Source of the DNA: Antedon mediterranea
Lineage: Eukaryota > Animalia > Echinodermata
Direction of reading: 5' to 3'
DNA: 64,000 bases
Assembly (NCBI RefSeq): GCF_964355755.1
Contig: NC_092674.1
Location: 30,876,001-30,940,000 of the forward strand
The notes beneath the pieces were generated by a model. That model was not told the origin of the DNA. It searched no databases and worked only from the letters and a program-made list of their open reading frames with translations. How positions within the stretch are numbered: the first letter of the stretch is position 1; every line of letters begins with the position of its first letter. Position numbers and translations under genes: made by a program. This document shows, piece after piece, positions 24,533 through 36,891 of this stretch.

Positions 24533-27500
24533 ATGCTTCGTAAAAAGCAACATGGTTTGTACAATATTTTTAATTTATCGCCGTCTTTTTCTGTGGTGTT
24601 TTGTTCTTTCATCAGTTGTCAGTTATCATATTAATATTAGTTAGGCCTAAGCCAGGCAAGGCAAGGCCCCTTGCTAGGCTAGGCCAGCTAGGAGGCCTAG
24701 TTATTAATTATTAGAGACCAGGCCAACCACTGTCTGAACCAGGCCTCTAACTAGCTAGGACCGGGCCATGTGTGTGGTGCCAGCTACTACTAGGCTAGGA
24801 CCTACCACAGTAGATACCCTACTAGGCCTATAATAATATATGCTATGGATCCTAATACTATTCTAGCTAGGATAACGTTTTATTTTAGAAATTATGCAGA
24901 AACGGTTGGAATTGTGGCGGTTGCAGAAGAAGACGTTAAAACCAAATAAACCACCCACATCCAAATGTTTGTCTACTGGTGGTATAAAAGCACATGGCAG
25001 TTGTGGAGTCACTCACCCACAACAAAATATGAAGCCAAGAACAGAGGGGTCAGCTGCTAAAGAACAGAGGTTATTATCATCAAAGAGGCAATTACTGTCA
25101 ACATCAGACACAACAAGACAAAATAAAAGTAGTTGTAAATCTCCTACTATAAGGTACATACAGTACAACCTAAAGTAAAATATTTGTTATTTATACTAAA
25201 TAATAATTTTTTTGTTTTTAAACTTTGTTTAAAACATGCAAACAAAATACTATATTGTTCTTTTTATTTTAGAGAGAAACTTGAAGCATGGCTCATTGAT
25301 AAAAAGCAGCGAATAGAATTGGAAAAATCAAAGATTAAAAATCCACCCTGGAACAGTAGCAAGAGAAAGGTGCCATCGATGAAAAGGATTCAATGGGAGT
25401 CTGAAGCAAACATCCAACTAAGAGATGTTGAAGCAAGCAAGTACTTGGGACACTATGGTCCTACAAAGGGTCGTAGGTCAACTACTGGTAGACAAAGTGT
25501 GATTAAACCGCGAAGAAAAACCTTTGATAGCAGAGAAAATGAAGAAGGAATTGAGAATGTTGGATCATGCGTATATAGCAATGAAACAGAAAGAGGAATA
25601 CGATTGTCATACTCAGATCTGAAGAAACCTGACTTATCTAAGCAGTTTGATGGAAATGAGAGCAAGTCTCAGATAGACAGAAGGTAAACACAGTTTCATG
25701 TTTTTTTTTAATTTGTTCTTCTACGTCTTGAGGACCCCATTAGAAATAAGGCCCACATCGAGTCTTTCATGCATCTGCATCTTTTTTTCTGTTTGAAATT
25801 GAAATATATATTTATATATCTTGTTTGATAAATTTTATATGTTTTTAATGAGATGCAAATAAATCAAATACTGTAATCCTACTGTATCTCTCACACTCAC
25901 TGTATATCTACGAACACCAAGACCAAGTACACATATCATGTCGTTAGTGAGAAAGCATTCTATGACATGCTTGAATGGATAATAATAATATATATGACCC
26001 AATCCCAAAATATTATTACGCTTTTCCAAGTTGATCAAAGCGCTTAACATATTTTGATTACAATTTTAAGGTATAAAAAATAGAGATCCCAATGAAAAAT
26101 GAAAATATAAATATGATGATTATTAACATAACTTGTCGCAAATACAAGCTCCCCTATAACCAAGTAAGATCTAAACTTAATTGACAACATGCAGCTGCTC
26201 AACCAAAAATAAAATGTTGTCTTGTATTGTTTATTCAATTCTGAAAATCCTGTTTTTCCTTCTTCAGAGCTCGTCTTGAAAAGTGGCTAGCAACAAGGGG
26301 GAAGACAACGCACTCTGTGAGAAGAAGAAGAAGTGTACGAAGGGAGACGTTTGATGTAATGAACATTGAGAAATGTCACAAGATACATGAAGATGAAACA
26401 GTAGAACTCAATACCACCATAGATGACTGCTTACAAAGCTGTGTAAACTTTATGAACGAGGTTTGTTTACAAAAATTAAAACATTTTTCAAATATTTAAA
26501 ACAATATTTCATTTATGCAACTTTTAAAACTGTAAATATTTAGTACTAAACTTGTATAAAAGTAAAAATGTATTAAAAAAAATTTTTTTTTTTTTTTCAA
26601 ATTTAGATGAAGTGTGAAAGCAAAGTTGGTGTTTGGCTGCAAGAGCTGCTTGAACGCTGTCCTCAAGTTCGTAATCGAGCATTATTCTGGATTTGTCAAG
26701 CTAAAATCGCTGAGCATAATGGAGTTGAGCAGAATCAAATTCTAGCCCTCTACGAGGAAGCCATTGATAACAACGCTAAAGTATGACAAAATGTTATAAT
26801 TCATATTACAATACAAACTACTCTTTGATTTTCATTTTTTTAATTGATATTAGATATTCCTGCGGTGGTGTAAATTTCCGGCTGATTTTTAATTGGTTTT
26901 TAGCTAAACTCACAAATCTTGTGTATGAGGGTAACTGCTAATTATAAAAAGTCCTCAATTCAGTTGCAGCTTAAATCTTTCTGTGTGTTCACAGGTCACA
27001 CCTTGAATGCCCTATATATTAGACATCTTTTTTGTACCTGCATCTAATATCTGCCGCAAACGTTCTAGCTTATGGCTTTCTTCTGGTCAAGGTGGGCGCT
27101 AGACGAGAGAAGCCCTTGGTCAATGATAGGACCAAAGGTATGAATGATGAATGTAAAACTAATTGACATTGTCGTTCGCAGCAGCCATAAAATTATTTTT
27201 TATACCTTATGATTCAAATAGAGTGAGTGAGTGGCCGAGCGGTTAAGACAGTGGAACCGTAATTACGTAGCCATAACATCTGCAGGGGTTCGAGGCTCAC
27301 TCACTCCATGGTTCTGGTGGTAGAACGAATCTTCTCGGATAAGGACTATAAACTGTAGGTCCAGTGTACACATCTAGCTCGTGTGCACCTTAAAGAACCT
27401 AGTACATCTTTCGAGACGAGTAGGGGGTTACCCCGGTGTATTAGTTCATCACAGCCACTGATCACCAACTGGGCCCTCTGGGAGACCAGTCTTTGACTGA

Positions 27501-28436
27501 AGAGGTTACCCAGTATAAATATAAAAATATAAATTTCAAATGTTAATATTGTTTTTCAGCCAACTGACATTCTGAAATCAGAATTAAAGGATTTTACCAT
27601 CAGGCACTCCAACATAATAGACACCACATCCTATCAGACACCAGCATCACCTCAAAGCACACCTGTAAATAGATCAAGTAATGCCTCCCAGTTGCAAGCT
27701 GTGTCAAGTGCTTTGAGATACTGTTACACCCCTCGGGGGGCTGCGGAGAATACATCATCAGTGTTACGTTACCAACTTGTAGACTCAACCCCACTGATTA
27801 ACAGGCAAGTTGAATATAGTTTTTTAGTTTAAAAAAACTGACATTAACATTAATAGTATTTTATTTACATTTACAAAAATGGTAATAGGAGGTTTAGATT
27901 GCTCTAGTCTAGTTTAACCCCTTTACAAACAAAAAACAAACATATTAAATGTCTAAATTATCAAACTTTATGTATGTGATGTGCCCATATATATGATGAT
28001 GTCATATCATTGCCATATTTGGGCATATCAATACCATATTTGGACACATCATACTTTTTTTGTTAAACTAGTTTGATAGTGTAGACAGAACAAACACATA
28101 AGTATTTTCATTGATCAGGTTATAGTTTAAATTGCATTATAAATAATTCTAATAGCTAGGACAGATAAATAAAATTTGTAGACTTTATAATCATTAAACA
28201 ATTTCTTTTATCATAGGTTGGACAAAAGTATTGTGGATGAAGGCCCTCAGCGCTTCTTAGTGACCCCAGTCAGACGGTCTGTACGCATCGAGAAAAGCGC
28301 AAAACGAGTTCAGACTAATCCGAGAAGTAACCGCAGATGTGTTGCGTCATTACAAGAGCTGCCAGCAGATATGGAATGCCTAATAATGCGGCCAAACAGA
28401 GCTCTTGAAGATGAGTTTACTGGCTCAATGAACTAA
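24533..28436 (+). CDS. CKAP2: Cytoskeleton-associated protein 2-like (CKAP2/CKAP2L family). Exons 24533-24554, 24889-25153, 25273-25683, 26268-26460, 26607-26780, 27560-27804, 28217-28436
   Basis: RARLEKWLATRGK, FWICQAKIAE..ILALYEEAIDNNAKPTDILKSEL and FLVTPVRRSVRIE..CVASLQEL..RPNRAL match the CKAP2_C region. Phases are consistent if intron 6 uses a GC donor. The first exon is less certain. Confidence 0.85.
27221..27534 (+). mobile_element. tRNA-derived SINE with a Deu/Nin-like central domain
   Basis: A box TGGCCGAGCGG and B box GGTTCGAGGC. Head stem GAGTGAGTGAG/CTCACTCACTC. Core CTCGGATAAGGACTATAAAC..TAAAGAACC..GAGTAGGGGGTTACCCCGGTGT. AT-rich tail and a possible TTCAAAT target-site duplication. 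A second copy is at 46157-46495. Confidence 0.85.
27805..28216 (+). other. GC-AG intron in the CKAP2-like gene
   Basis: AG|GCAAGT donor in phase 2 joins in frame to the acceptor at 28216/28217. Nearby GT dinucleotides give the wrong phase. Confidence 0.7.
27950..28090. mobile_element. Harbinger-type MITE (family A), degenerate left end
   Basis: TATCAAACTTT..GTGATGTGCCCATATAT..AGTTTGATAGTGTAGACAGA. Confidence 0.75.
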
Positions 28437-28451
28437 TAATAATATAATTTT

Positions 28452-28812
28452 ATACTATGAGTATAATATATGTTTTAATTTTATATACACCCCTGTGCTT
28501 GGCAGAAGCCAAACTGAACCAATTACACAGTTTTTTAAAATAATTATACTGTATAAAACAAACATTTTTCTCCATGGGGAGAAATGAGTAGGAATTTAAA
28601 AATAAAATAACACAGCACTAATTAAATAACATTATATACTATGAGTATAATATATGTTAATTTTATGCACACCAGTGATTGGCAGGAGCCAAACTGAACC
28701 AGTTATAGTGTTTTGTGCGTTTTAACAATAATACCGTATAGTACTAAAACATTGTTCTCCATAAGTAGAAATTTAATAAAAAAATAATGCAGTACTAATT
28801 AAATAACATTAG
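28452..28812. repeat. Diverged tandem duplication of about 185 bp in the CKAP2-like 3' region
   Basis: ATACTATGAGTATAATATATG..TTGGCAGRAGCCAAACTGAACCA..CTAATTAAATAACATTA occurs twice. Confidence 0.8.
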
Positions 28813-29455
28813 TAGTACTGTAATAATATTTGGTTTTATTTATATACAGTTTTTAAATTTATTCTTGAATAATTAAATATGTACAAAACACTATATATTT
28901 TTTTGTATTTATATTATTTTATACAATTTTTATTTTTTATATGGCAAATTAATATACTAATTTTCTATTTACAGTTGTAAGCACAATATTCCAAACATAT
29001 TTTAAAAAGTAACAATTTATTTTATACAATTTTAATTTTGTATATAAGTGGCACAATAGTACCATAGTAATACTATACACTAATATCACATACACACATT
29101 GCTTTTGTTGTGATAAGTTATAACAGGGACCAAATGCACATCAGCCACTGGGTATGAAAATTCATGGTGTGCCACCAAGGCCAAATACTAATTTTTTTAG
29201 TGGTTTAGGCGAGATGAGCTGTCACAGAGAAACATCTTGCTCATCTCTGCAGAATTATTTTTTGAAAAGTCAATGTTAACCATTGACAGTTTAAATGAAA
29301 GTACGGTATATTTTTCGATAGTATCCACTATGATGTTGTACATGTCATAATAGTCCATGAATATAGTACTGTAATCATTTCAGTTACCATTCAAAATAAA
29401 TACTGTGGTAAAACAAGAAGGTGTAAGTTATTTCAGATTATTTTACATACTGTTG

Positions 29456-31547
29456 CTAAGTTGATGTCAATGGCAACCAATCTGCTGCCACCGCCTTGTT
29501 TTGTAGAAAATCCTTTGGAAGATCTTGAAAAAGGTGAAGTCTATGGCTGTGGAGAAAAAAATATAAAACTTTAAATGAATGTTTTAAATTTTGTAGGTGG
29601 GTCAATCACCTAAGTTAATGTGTGTACCTAAATATATACCATTCTCATTCTCAAAATTATTAGTACAGGTATGGTACAGCAATACAGGTTTATATTTCGA
29701 TCTCTATCAAACTTTGTGAAAAAAAAAAGTGATATGCCTATATGGACATGATATGTCATATAACTACCATATTTGGGCACCTCACACTTAATTTGTTAAA
29801 CTAGTTTGATAGTGTAGACAGAGCTTTAAGAAAATGTGCACTAAATATTATTCCAAATGTAAAGTAAAACACAAACAAAATAGAAAACACCACAACCCTT
29901 GGTATATGTACAGTAGTATATGACTTACAAGTCTGGTCCTTCATATACCCCTGCTTCTGCAGGATAGAGAGCTTCATATGTTCTTGCACTGTCAACACCA
30001 TGAATGGCAAAGGCATTGAATTTATAAGAAGGCCCTGGTGGAATATATGAGAATGGAATGTAGGCCTCGCATGTCCATGTGTTATTGCTGTGCAACTTTG
30101 ATGCGCATTTTAGTGGTAGCTTGTCCTAAAAAAGAGAAGAAAAAAAAATGTATCATCATTAATAGAGAGGTTTCGCAATCATACGAAAACGAATACGTGT
30201 GCGTGACGTATCCGTTTTCGCCATAAAAAAATCTGTTTCGCATGGCAACGAAATATTGAGGCGCGTTCAAAATATGACTGCGGTAAATTTGAGCGAAGCG
30301 CAGGTACGTGTTGCTTGGTGCTTGGCTGCCTAGGCCTAGCGTAACATCAAAGCGAGTGAGGACTTTAAAAACTGCTATTTATCAAAATTGACTTGGCATT
30401 TTAGTAAATTACTTTAGTAAATTACTTTCAATAAATCTATAATTATATTATAATCAGGAATCATTCCTGATTCAAATGCAAAATGTGCAAAATAGATCAA
30501 AAACTATACTCGTTTTGTAGTTACGAGTATGACTGGTGATATTCGTCAACACAAATACGCTTTACGAATATGAAATGGGGATCAGCTCAAAAGTTTCACA
30601 AATGTATGACGTATCCGTTTTCGTTATTGTATTCGTAAGGTTGCGAAACCTCCCTATTATTTGTTGTTTTACTGTATATAGATTAAATAAAACATTTGTA
30701 TAATAGAACATACATATACTGTACATACCTTACACATATTGCGGCAACCATTTAACATCAGAACTAAATGACAGCCGTGCCTAATATACGAATAAAACAT
30801 TTTTTTTATTTTTAATTAATCGAATACTCACAGGCACAAATACTGTATATAAATATAACATAATACAAATATGAGAACATGGAAATAGGCAAAAATATAA
30901 AAGAAGCCAGTGATGGGAAGAAGTCAGTGATGGGAAGAAGCCAGTGATGGGAAGAAGCCAGTGATGGGAAGAAGCCAGTGATGGGAAGAAGCCAGTGATG
31001 GGAAGAAGCCAGTGATGGGAAGAAGCCAGTGATGGGAAGAAGTCAGTGATGGGAAGAAGCCAGTGATGGGAAGAAGCCAGTGATGGGAAGAAGCCAGTGA
31101 TGGGAAGAAGCCAGTGATGGGAAGACTTATTAAAAATATGTCACCGTATGCAGCTAATTGTGCATTATTGAATTTGTGTGACTTACGGGCTTACTTCAAC
31201 TTCTAGGTACTGTTTTTTTTCACCCAAGAAAAATGCTTCTATAACTGTAAATGAACAAGTAAAAGATTATTTGTATCGAACTAAACTAAGATACTATGTA
31301 GCACATGTCTGATGTTTGTTGCTCTATAATGTAAATTTTATATAACATTAACAGTACCTTCATAATCCCATAATTGGTTTTGAGGTTCTCCTGGGACCAT
31401 GTTAGGGGGTGCAGGGTCATTGAAAAAGGGTGCTTTAACCGAAAGTTGTAACGTATCTGTGAGAGTTGCTAAACGCAGCTGAACAGGAACATGACTGATG
31501 GATGCACCATCCCAGCTCTGTGTGATTTCAAATGTTAATTCATTCAT
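29456..31547 (-). CDS. C4orf33: UPF0462 protein C4orf33 homolog. Exons 31547-31358, 31244-31187, 30780-30729, 30125-29929, 29546-29456
   Basis: Spliced protein [96 protein letters not shown]. All junctions are in-phase GT-AG. An acceptor just before the ATG implies an upstream non-coding exon. Confidence 0.9.
29698..29825. mobile_element. Harbinger-type MITE (family A)
   Basis: CTATCAAACTTTGTG ... AGTTTGATAGTGTAGACAGAGCT. Confidence 0.75.
30161..30658. mobile_element. About 500-bp MITE (family D) in a C4orf33 intron
   Basis: TIRs AATAGAGAGGTTTCGCAATC and GTTGCGAAACCTCCCTATT, with a repeated internal GACGTATCCGTTTTCG. Confidence 0.75.
30902..31123. repeat. 17-bp minisatellite, about 13 copies, in a C4orf33 intron
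   Basis: (AGAAGCCAGTGATGGGA)n. Confidence 0.95.
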
Positions 31548-31929
31548 AATTCTCTGTAAAGACAAAAATTATATATTTTACATTTACTTGTTACTTTATT
31601 CATTTAGTATCCATTCAACAATACATTTAAAATACATAAAACAGTAAATAAATTTAAAAAAATGGTATTTAAAATATCTAAAACCATAGTGAATGGATGC
31701 GAGGATGACTCATAAAATTGACAAGTCAATTTATTTCCAATGGGATCATCACTGGTAATTGTTTATGTCTCCATAATGTATATTACATTATATTGTACAA
31801 ACATTGTGTGTTTTATTACATGTTGCAATAATGATATCAGGGAGGTATGCAGGCCTACAATACATTTCATTCTGATTCAACCAGTGATCTTCCTGACTTC
31901 CTGGATCTAAAGGGTTCTCCAGAGCAGAA

Positions 31930-32250
31930 CAGACTAGGCCTAGCTAGAGGGCCCAAGGCTAGGCCTAACTCTAGCTATTGTTTTTGCTAGGCTTTAGTCT
32001 AGTACTAACGCTTTATGACTACCAATCCATCGTGTGGGTGCCAGACTAGGAATTCATAATTATTTATTTTATTTTACGTAAAAGCGACCTTTAAATACTG
32101 TAATAACAAATATCTTCTTATTTCTACTTTTAAAAACACGTGTGATCGTGAATGTTTGTAAATAATAAATACCGCCCTCTATTAAGCAGACGAACAGGTG
32201 TGCTGTTTGTTTTGTGGAAGACTCTTGGGATTTTTGAAACAACAGGTATG
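31930..32250. promoter_or_regulatory. Probable divergent promoter for C4orf33 (-) and the CRACD-like gene (+); candidate non-coding first exon ends at the donor CAG|GTATGT (32245/32246)
   Basis: Head-to-head gene arrangement, local CpG retention, CACGTG, CCGCCCTCTA, a TAGGCCTA/CTAG cluster and a strong donor site. Confidence 0.4.
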
Positions 32251-32849
32251 TTTTGGTGGTAAAAAAAACAGCGCAAGAAACTGATATATTGGAAGTTAGT
32301 TTGATAGGTAAGCTAGATCAAGTGATTATTTATCAAAAAATAAAATTAATGATTGTTGAATGAGAGAATGTGGGTTTCTACAGCAGTGGATCAGGGAGTT
32401 GATTTTACAACTCCCTGGAAGGATGTCCCCTTCCCTCTCTCTGACGTGTTGTGGTGGTGTGAGGATGAGATTGATTGAGAGTGATCCACGGTTGTGAAAG
32501 GTAGATGCTGGGTGTGAAGGTAGGTTGTTGGGGGTCTGATCACGTTTCATCTGACAGGCCTACCAAAATAATCTTTATTTTAAAAAGATTTACTTTATTT
32601 CTGTATGTAGTTTCATTTTTCATAATGTTTCAATGTGCATTTTTCAAATAAAAAATAACATTTTCACTTTGTGCTGAAAAAAAAAGAGAAAAGGAAAGTG
32701 ATAAAAAATGGAATTAATGTGTATGAACTATATGATGAGATCATCAATCATCATTATAATATAATAGTTCATAAACATTTTTTTTAAATAGGCCTAGGTC
32801 TACTGTTTTAAATAAAATTTTGAAAAAAACATAATCGTATTCAAATTAA

Positions 32850-33450
32850 ATCTAGGCCTAGAAGTGAGTATAGTTTAAAAAGCATTGTTCCAGGTTGCTT
32901 CTGAAAGTAGTGTATAGTAAAATTAATTAAAAATATTTTAGCATTAATCTTGTATGTCTACAGTTTATTAAGACTGACCAGCTGCTAAAAATCTGAATGA
33001 CCTAATTTGCATAACGAGGCAACGCAGCAAATTAATGTTCTCTAATAAATCTGACATCGTATCATTATCCTAATTAATTTTATTTATTTCTTCATTCATA
33101 TTTTCTCCTTTGATTCGCTTGGTATGGATGTTTTACTCTATATGAGGCTCTAGAATGTATAGACATAAATATTTAGTTTAATTAGATAATATCCCTAAAC
33201 ATTTAGAATTACTATGATAATTGACGTTTATATAAAAACTTTTTTTGTGTGTATAATCCACTCTGTTTGAACCCCTCTTTTCTTTTATTTTATAAGGGAT
33301 TTAATTTAAAATCTCCCTGATTTGATTGTCAAAATTAAGCTCTTCTAAATGATTCCTTTCGGAATATTTTCAATTCAGATTTTTATTTTTGAACTACTCA
33401 TTTGTAGGCCTATTATAAGATCTATGATTTGTAATGCTCTGTAATTATCA
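32850..33450 (-). mobile_element. Highly degenerate L1/Tx1-like RT remnant (tentative)
   Basis: Minus-strand traces resembling RGVRQG (about 33260-33278), IKG (about 33115) and ADD (about 33060-33070), with many stops and frameshifts. Confidence 0.25.
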
Positions 33451-35213
33451 TATATTTATGCCATTTTTATTCGATATATTAATATATAATTTATTTCTTT
33501 TCACTATAAGTTATTTGATTTCAATTCCCTTTTTATTTTATATTTCATCTGTTTCATGATGACAATATGCACAAATTGTCCATACTGTATTACAATTTAT
33601 TGATTTTATGATATCCAGTTTCAAATTCTAATTTTATTGAGTGTATTTTACTGATCATAATATTACATGACATTATTTTTATGTCAACCTATTTTCACTT
33701 CACTCATAATACTTTTTAGATAAGATCAATTGAGTAGTGAGGTAAATTAGTTTGTATAGTGTAACACACTCTTTTGTCATATTGTTCAAACGGATACAGT
33801 AACATTTACAAGTCGTTTATCATTGATATAGCAATAACACATACACAGGTACTGTACATCCCCTTCTTTTTAATGATATTACCTAATATTAACTATCTTG
33901 TTCCCATATTGTTGGCATTTCATACACGTAAAGGTATGTTAAAATTTACGCCCAAATCCCTCTGAATTGCTTAGACTCACTCAAGCTAGGAGTTGAGTAT
34001 TGTTATGATAATTTCACTGTATCTCCTATTCTTTTCTACTATGACATGTAGGTGTTCCATAAGAGAAAGTAGGGTGAATAAAGGCTTTAGGATTATTAAG
34101 CAGTCACCATTAAGAGGTTTTAACCATATAATACACCTCTTGAATAGTATTAGTACTAGTACTATAGTTTTTAGTCTATGATACTAACAAATGTACTATC
34201 CGTTATACCATGGTTGTTTATGGTTGTTTATCTCTCAACTTATATTGATGTACTAAATCAGATAAAATGAATTTACAACTGTTTGTTTTATATGATTTAT
34301 TTGTACTAGATGACTAGTTCAATCACAACAGACTACATTCTTTTTTTAATCACAGTTTTCAATTAAACTGTACAGCTAATTATTAATTTACAGTTTATTT
34401 TAGGAAAATATAATATATAATTTATTATTTCTATTTTACATTTTTATTCAACTATGTCTCTATTATGGGCAAATAAAAAAAAAATACTAAAAAAGTGACA
34501 TAACTCCAAATTCACCTTCGACCTATATATTTTTCATGAAAGGTCCTGAATAATTAAAAAAAAGTGATACAGGACTAGTTGATAATTTAAAAAAACTATA
34601 ATATTTGCTGGTTGTAATTTTTAATAGTTTAATTTGAGTATAGTAAAGACAAATCTGTATATTAAACTTCTTTTTATTTGGGTACAATTAATTAAATCTA
34701 AAGAATGGTTGAGTGCTAATGTTGTATTATAGGTGATTTGCTCATTTTGCTAGTTCGATTTTTTACAGTAAAGGTTTGCTAGTCTATAAAAAAGACAAAG
34801 TTGTAGACAATACAAATAGACCAAAGATCAAGGAGGTTTGTAATGTTGTAATGTTTATAACTTGGAAATCCTATAGTCACCATATTGTAAGCAAACAACT
34901 CTCCTTACTCCATATTTAGAGGGCTTCACCGTAAAGTACTAAACTTATAACTTGTTCAATCTTTGTATTTGCCGAACACTTCGAATCACACTATCTGAAT
35001 AAGTGATATTAAATATTAATTATGCTTAAAAAAAGTTACATGCTTAAAAGAGTACTGTATGTGTAACCCCATTTTAGATTACAGTCTTCATATAATTATA
35101 GCAAACTCTTTGAAATAAAAATTAGTCAAGCTTACACATGCTTAAAATAATATAATTTTGTAACCCCATTTTAAATAATCTTAATAAAACTCTTTGAATA
35201 TAAAGTAGGCAAG

Positions 35214-35391
35214 CAGGGAATAATTTCGCCAGTGTAGCATAGCAAAAAGCTATACAAAACAACCTTCTTGCTACACATTTCTACAATTGTGTAGCAAAAT
35301 ATAGTATAGAAAACTATGTTTCTCGACTCAAAAATCAGTTTTATTTATAGCAATATTGCTAAACAAAATTTTAAGATGAAATTTTTCCCTG
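35214..35391. mobile_element. Small MITE (family E)
   Basis: TIR CAGGGAA...TTCCCTG, flanked by a direct GCAAG repeat. A partial second copy starts at about 58446. Confidence 0.6.
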
Positions 35392-35824
35392 GCAAGCCAT
35401 CATGATTCTATTACAACATTTAAAACTGTATATTTTCCGGGAAAATGAATCTTTCAACTCATAAAGATGAACAAATAAATTCCAAAATATGAAATGGATT
35501 CTTCTGTTTATTTTATAAATCTTTTTTTTTAGATCCTACATTTTCCATTATTATACAAATCATGGAGGAAAAATCCTCCGTGATACATTGTACTGTAGGC
35601 CTACTCTATAGTACTGTATTTGCATGTGTATGTGCAGTAAATCCTATACAAATACGCTTTTGTATCAATATTGTAATTGTTTGTCAATTATTTGCTTGAT
35701 TGCCTTTAATTAATCCATCTCTTTAAATGATTATTGTTTATGCTAATTTATGTAAGGTTTACTGTGCTTTGTTAAAATCCGTCAGCTGTTTTTCACTTTA
35801 CTAACCAGCTACGCCTTTCACTTT

Positions 35825-36370
35825 TACAGTGTCATTCAAGTTCAGTTTTGTGGCTACAGTCTCCTTCCACATTAGTTCTACTCTAGTCTACAGTACATTA
35901 TCACTTAAGTTCAGTTTTGTGGCTACAGTCTCCTTCCACAGTAGTTCTTGTCTACAGTACATTATCACTTAAGTTCAGTTTTGTGGCTACAGTCTCCTTC
36001 CACATTAGTTCTTGTCTACAGTACATTATCACTTAAGTTCAGTTTTGTGGCTACAGTCTCCTTCCACAGTAGTTCTTGTCTACATTATCACTTAAGTTCA
36101 GTTTTGTGGCTACAGTCTCCTTCCACATTAGTTCTTGTCTACAGTACATTATCACTTAAGTTCAGTTTTGTGGCTACAGTCTCCTTCCACAGTAGTTCTT
36201 GTCTACAGTACATTATCACTTAAGTTCAGTTTTGTGGCTACAGTCTCCTTCCACATTAGTTCTTGTCTACAGTACATTATCACTTAAGTTCAGTTTTGTG
36301 GCTACAGTCTCCTTCCACAGTAGTTCTTGTCTACAGTACATTATCGCTTAAGTTCAGTTTTGTGGCTACA
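35825..36370. repeat. 64-bp minisatellite, about 8.5 copies, with two alternating variants
   Basis: CACTTAAGTTCAGTTTTGTGGCTACAGTCTCCTTCCACAKTAGTTCTTGTCTACAGTACATTAT; CACATT and CACAGT variants alternate. Confidence 0.95.
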
Positions 36371-36482
36371 CAATGCATAAGATAGGACATTTTAATAGCA
36401 ATGCTATTTAACTTTTACAACAAGGGATCGGTCAAGGGAGCCACAATGCATAAGATAGGACATTTTAATAGCAATGCTATTT

Positions 36483-36891
36483 GTTTGTTTGTTTTATTAG
36501 TTTCTCCACACATTTTAAAATAAAAAAAGATAAAAATTACAAATTGCAAAAAGAAAATTACAATAAACAAGAAAAACATCAAAAATGTGCGGATGGAGGT
36601 CAAAATAAGTTGCAGACAACTTTAAGTCGTGACCACCAGTTAAAAAAAAAAAAATGAAGGTATACAATAGCAGTCCGGCTTACATTAAAAATACAGAAGC
36701 TTAAATTGCTAAGACAATAGTACAATTACAAGATGAACAATATGATATTCAATTAAGCGAAGAAGAAAGGAAACAAGAAGAACAAGAACAGGAGATTTAA
36801 CTGCCATATGCTGCGACCAAAGACTTTTTTTAGGTTAGATTTGAACAAAGGTAGATTAGGAAGAGATTTTAATGAAATACTTAATAAATTC
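36483..36891 (-). mobile_element. 5'-truncated LINE (CR1/L2-type ORF2 C-terminal tail plus 3' UTR) with a 17-bp target-site duplication
   Basis: TAATAGCAATGCTATTT occurs at 36466-36482 and 36892-36908. The minus strand reads NLLSISLKSLPNLPLFKSNLKK, then a UTR and an (AAAC)n tail. Confidence 0.75.

Noticed and set aside
27221-27307. tRNA gene
   Set aside because: A and B boxes are present, but the sequence continues into a SINE body with a tail and a second dispersed copy. It is a SINE head.
29211-29247. Hairpin GAGATGAGC...GCTCATCTC in the C4orf33 3' region as a SECIS-like element
   Set aside because: No SECIS core or apical AA geometry is evident, and neither flanking gene has an in-frame UGA.
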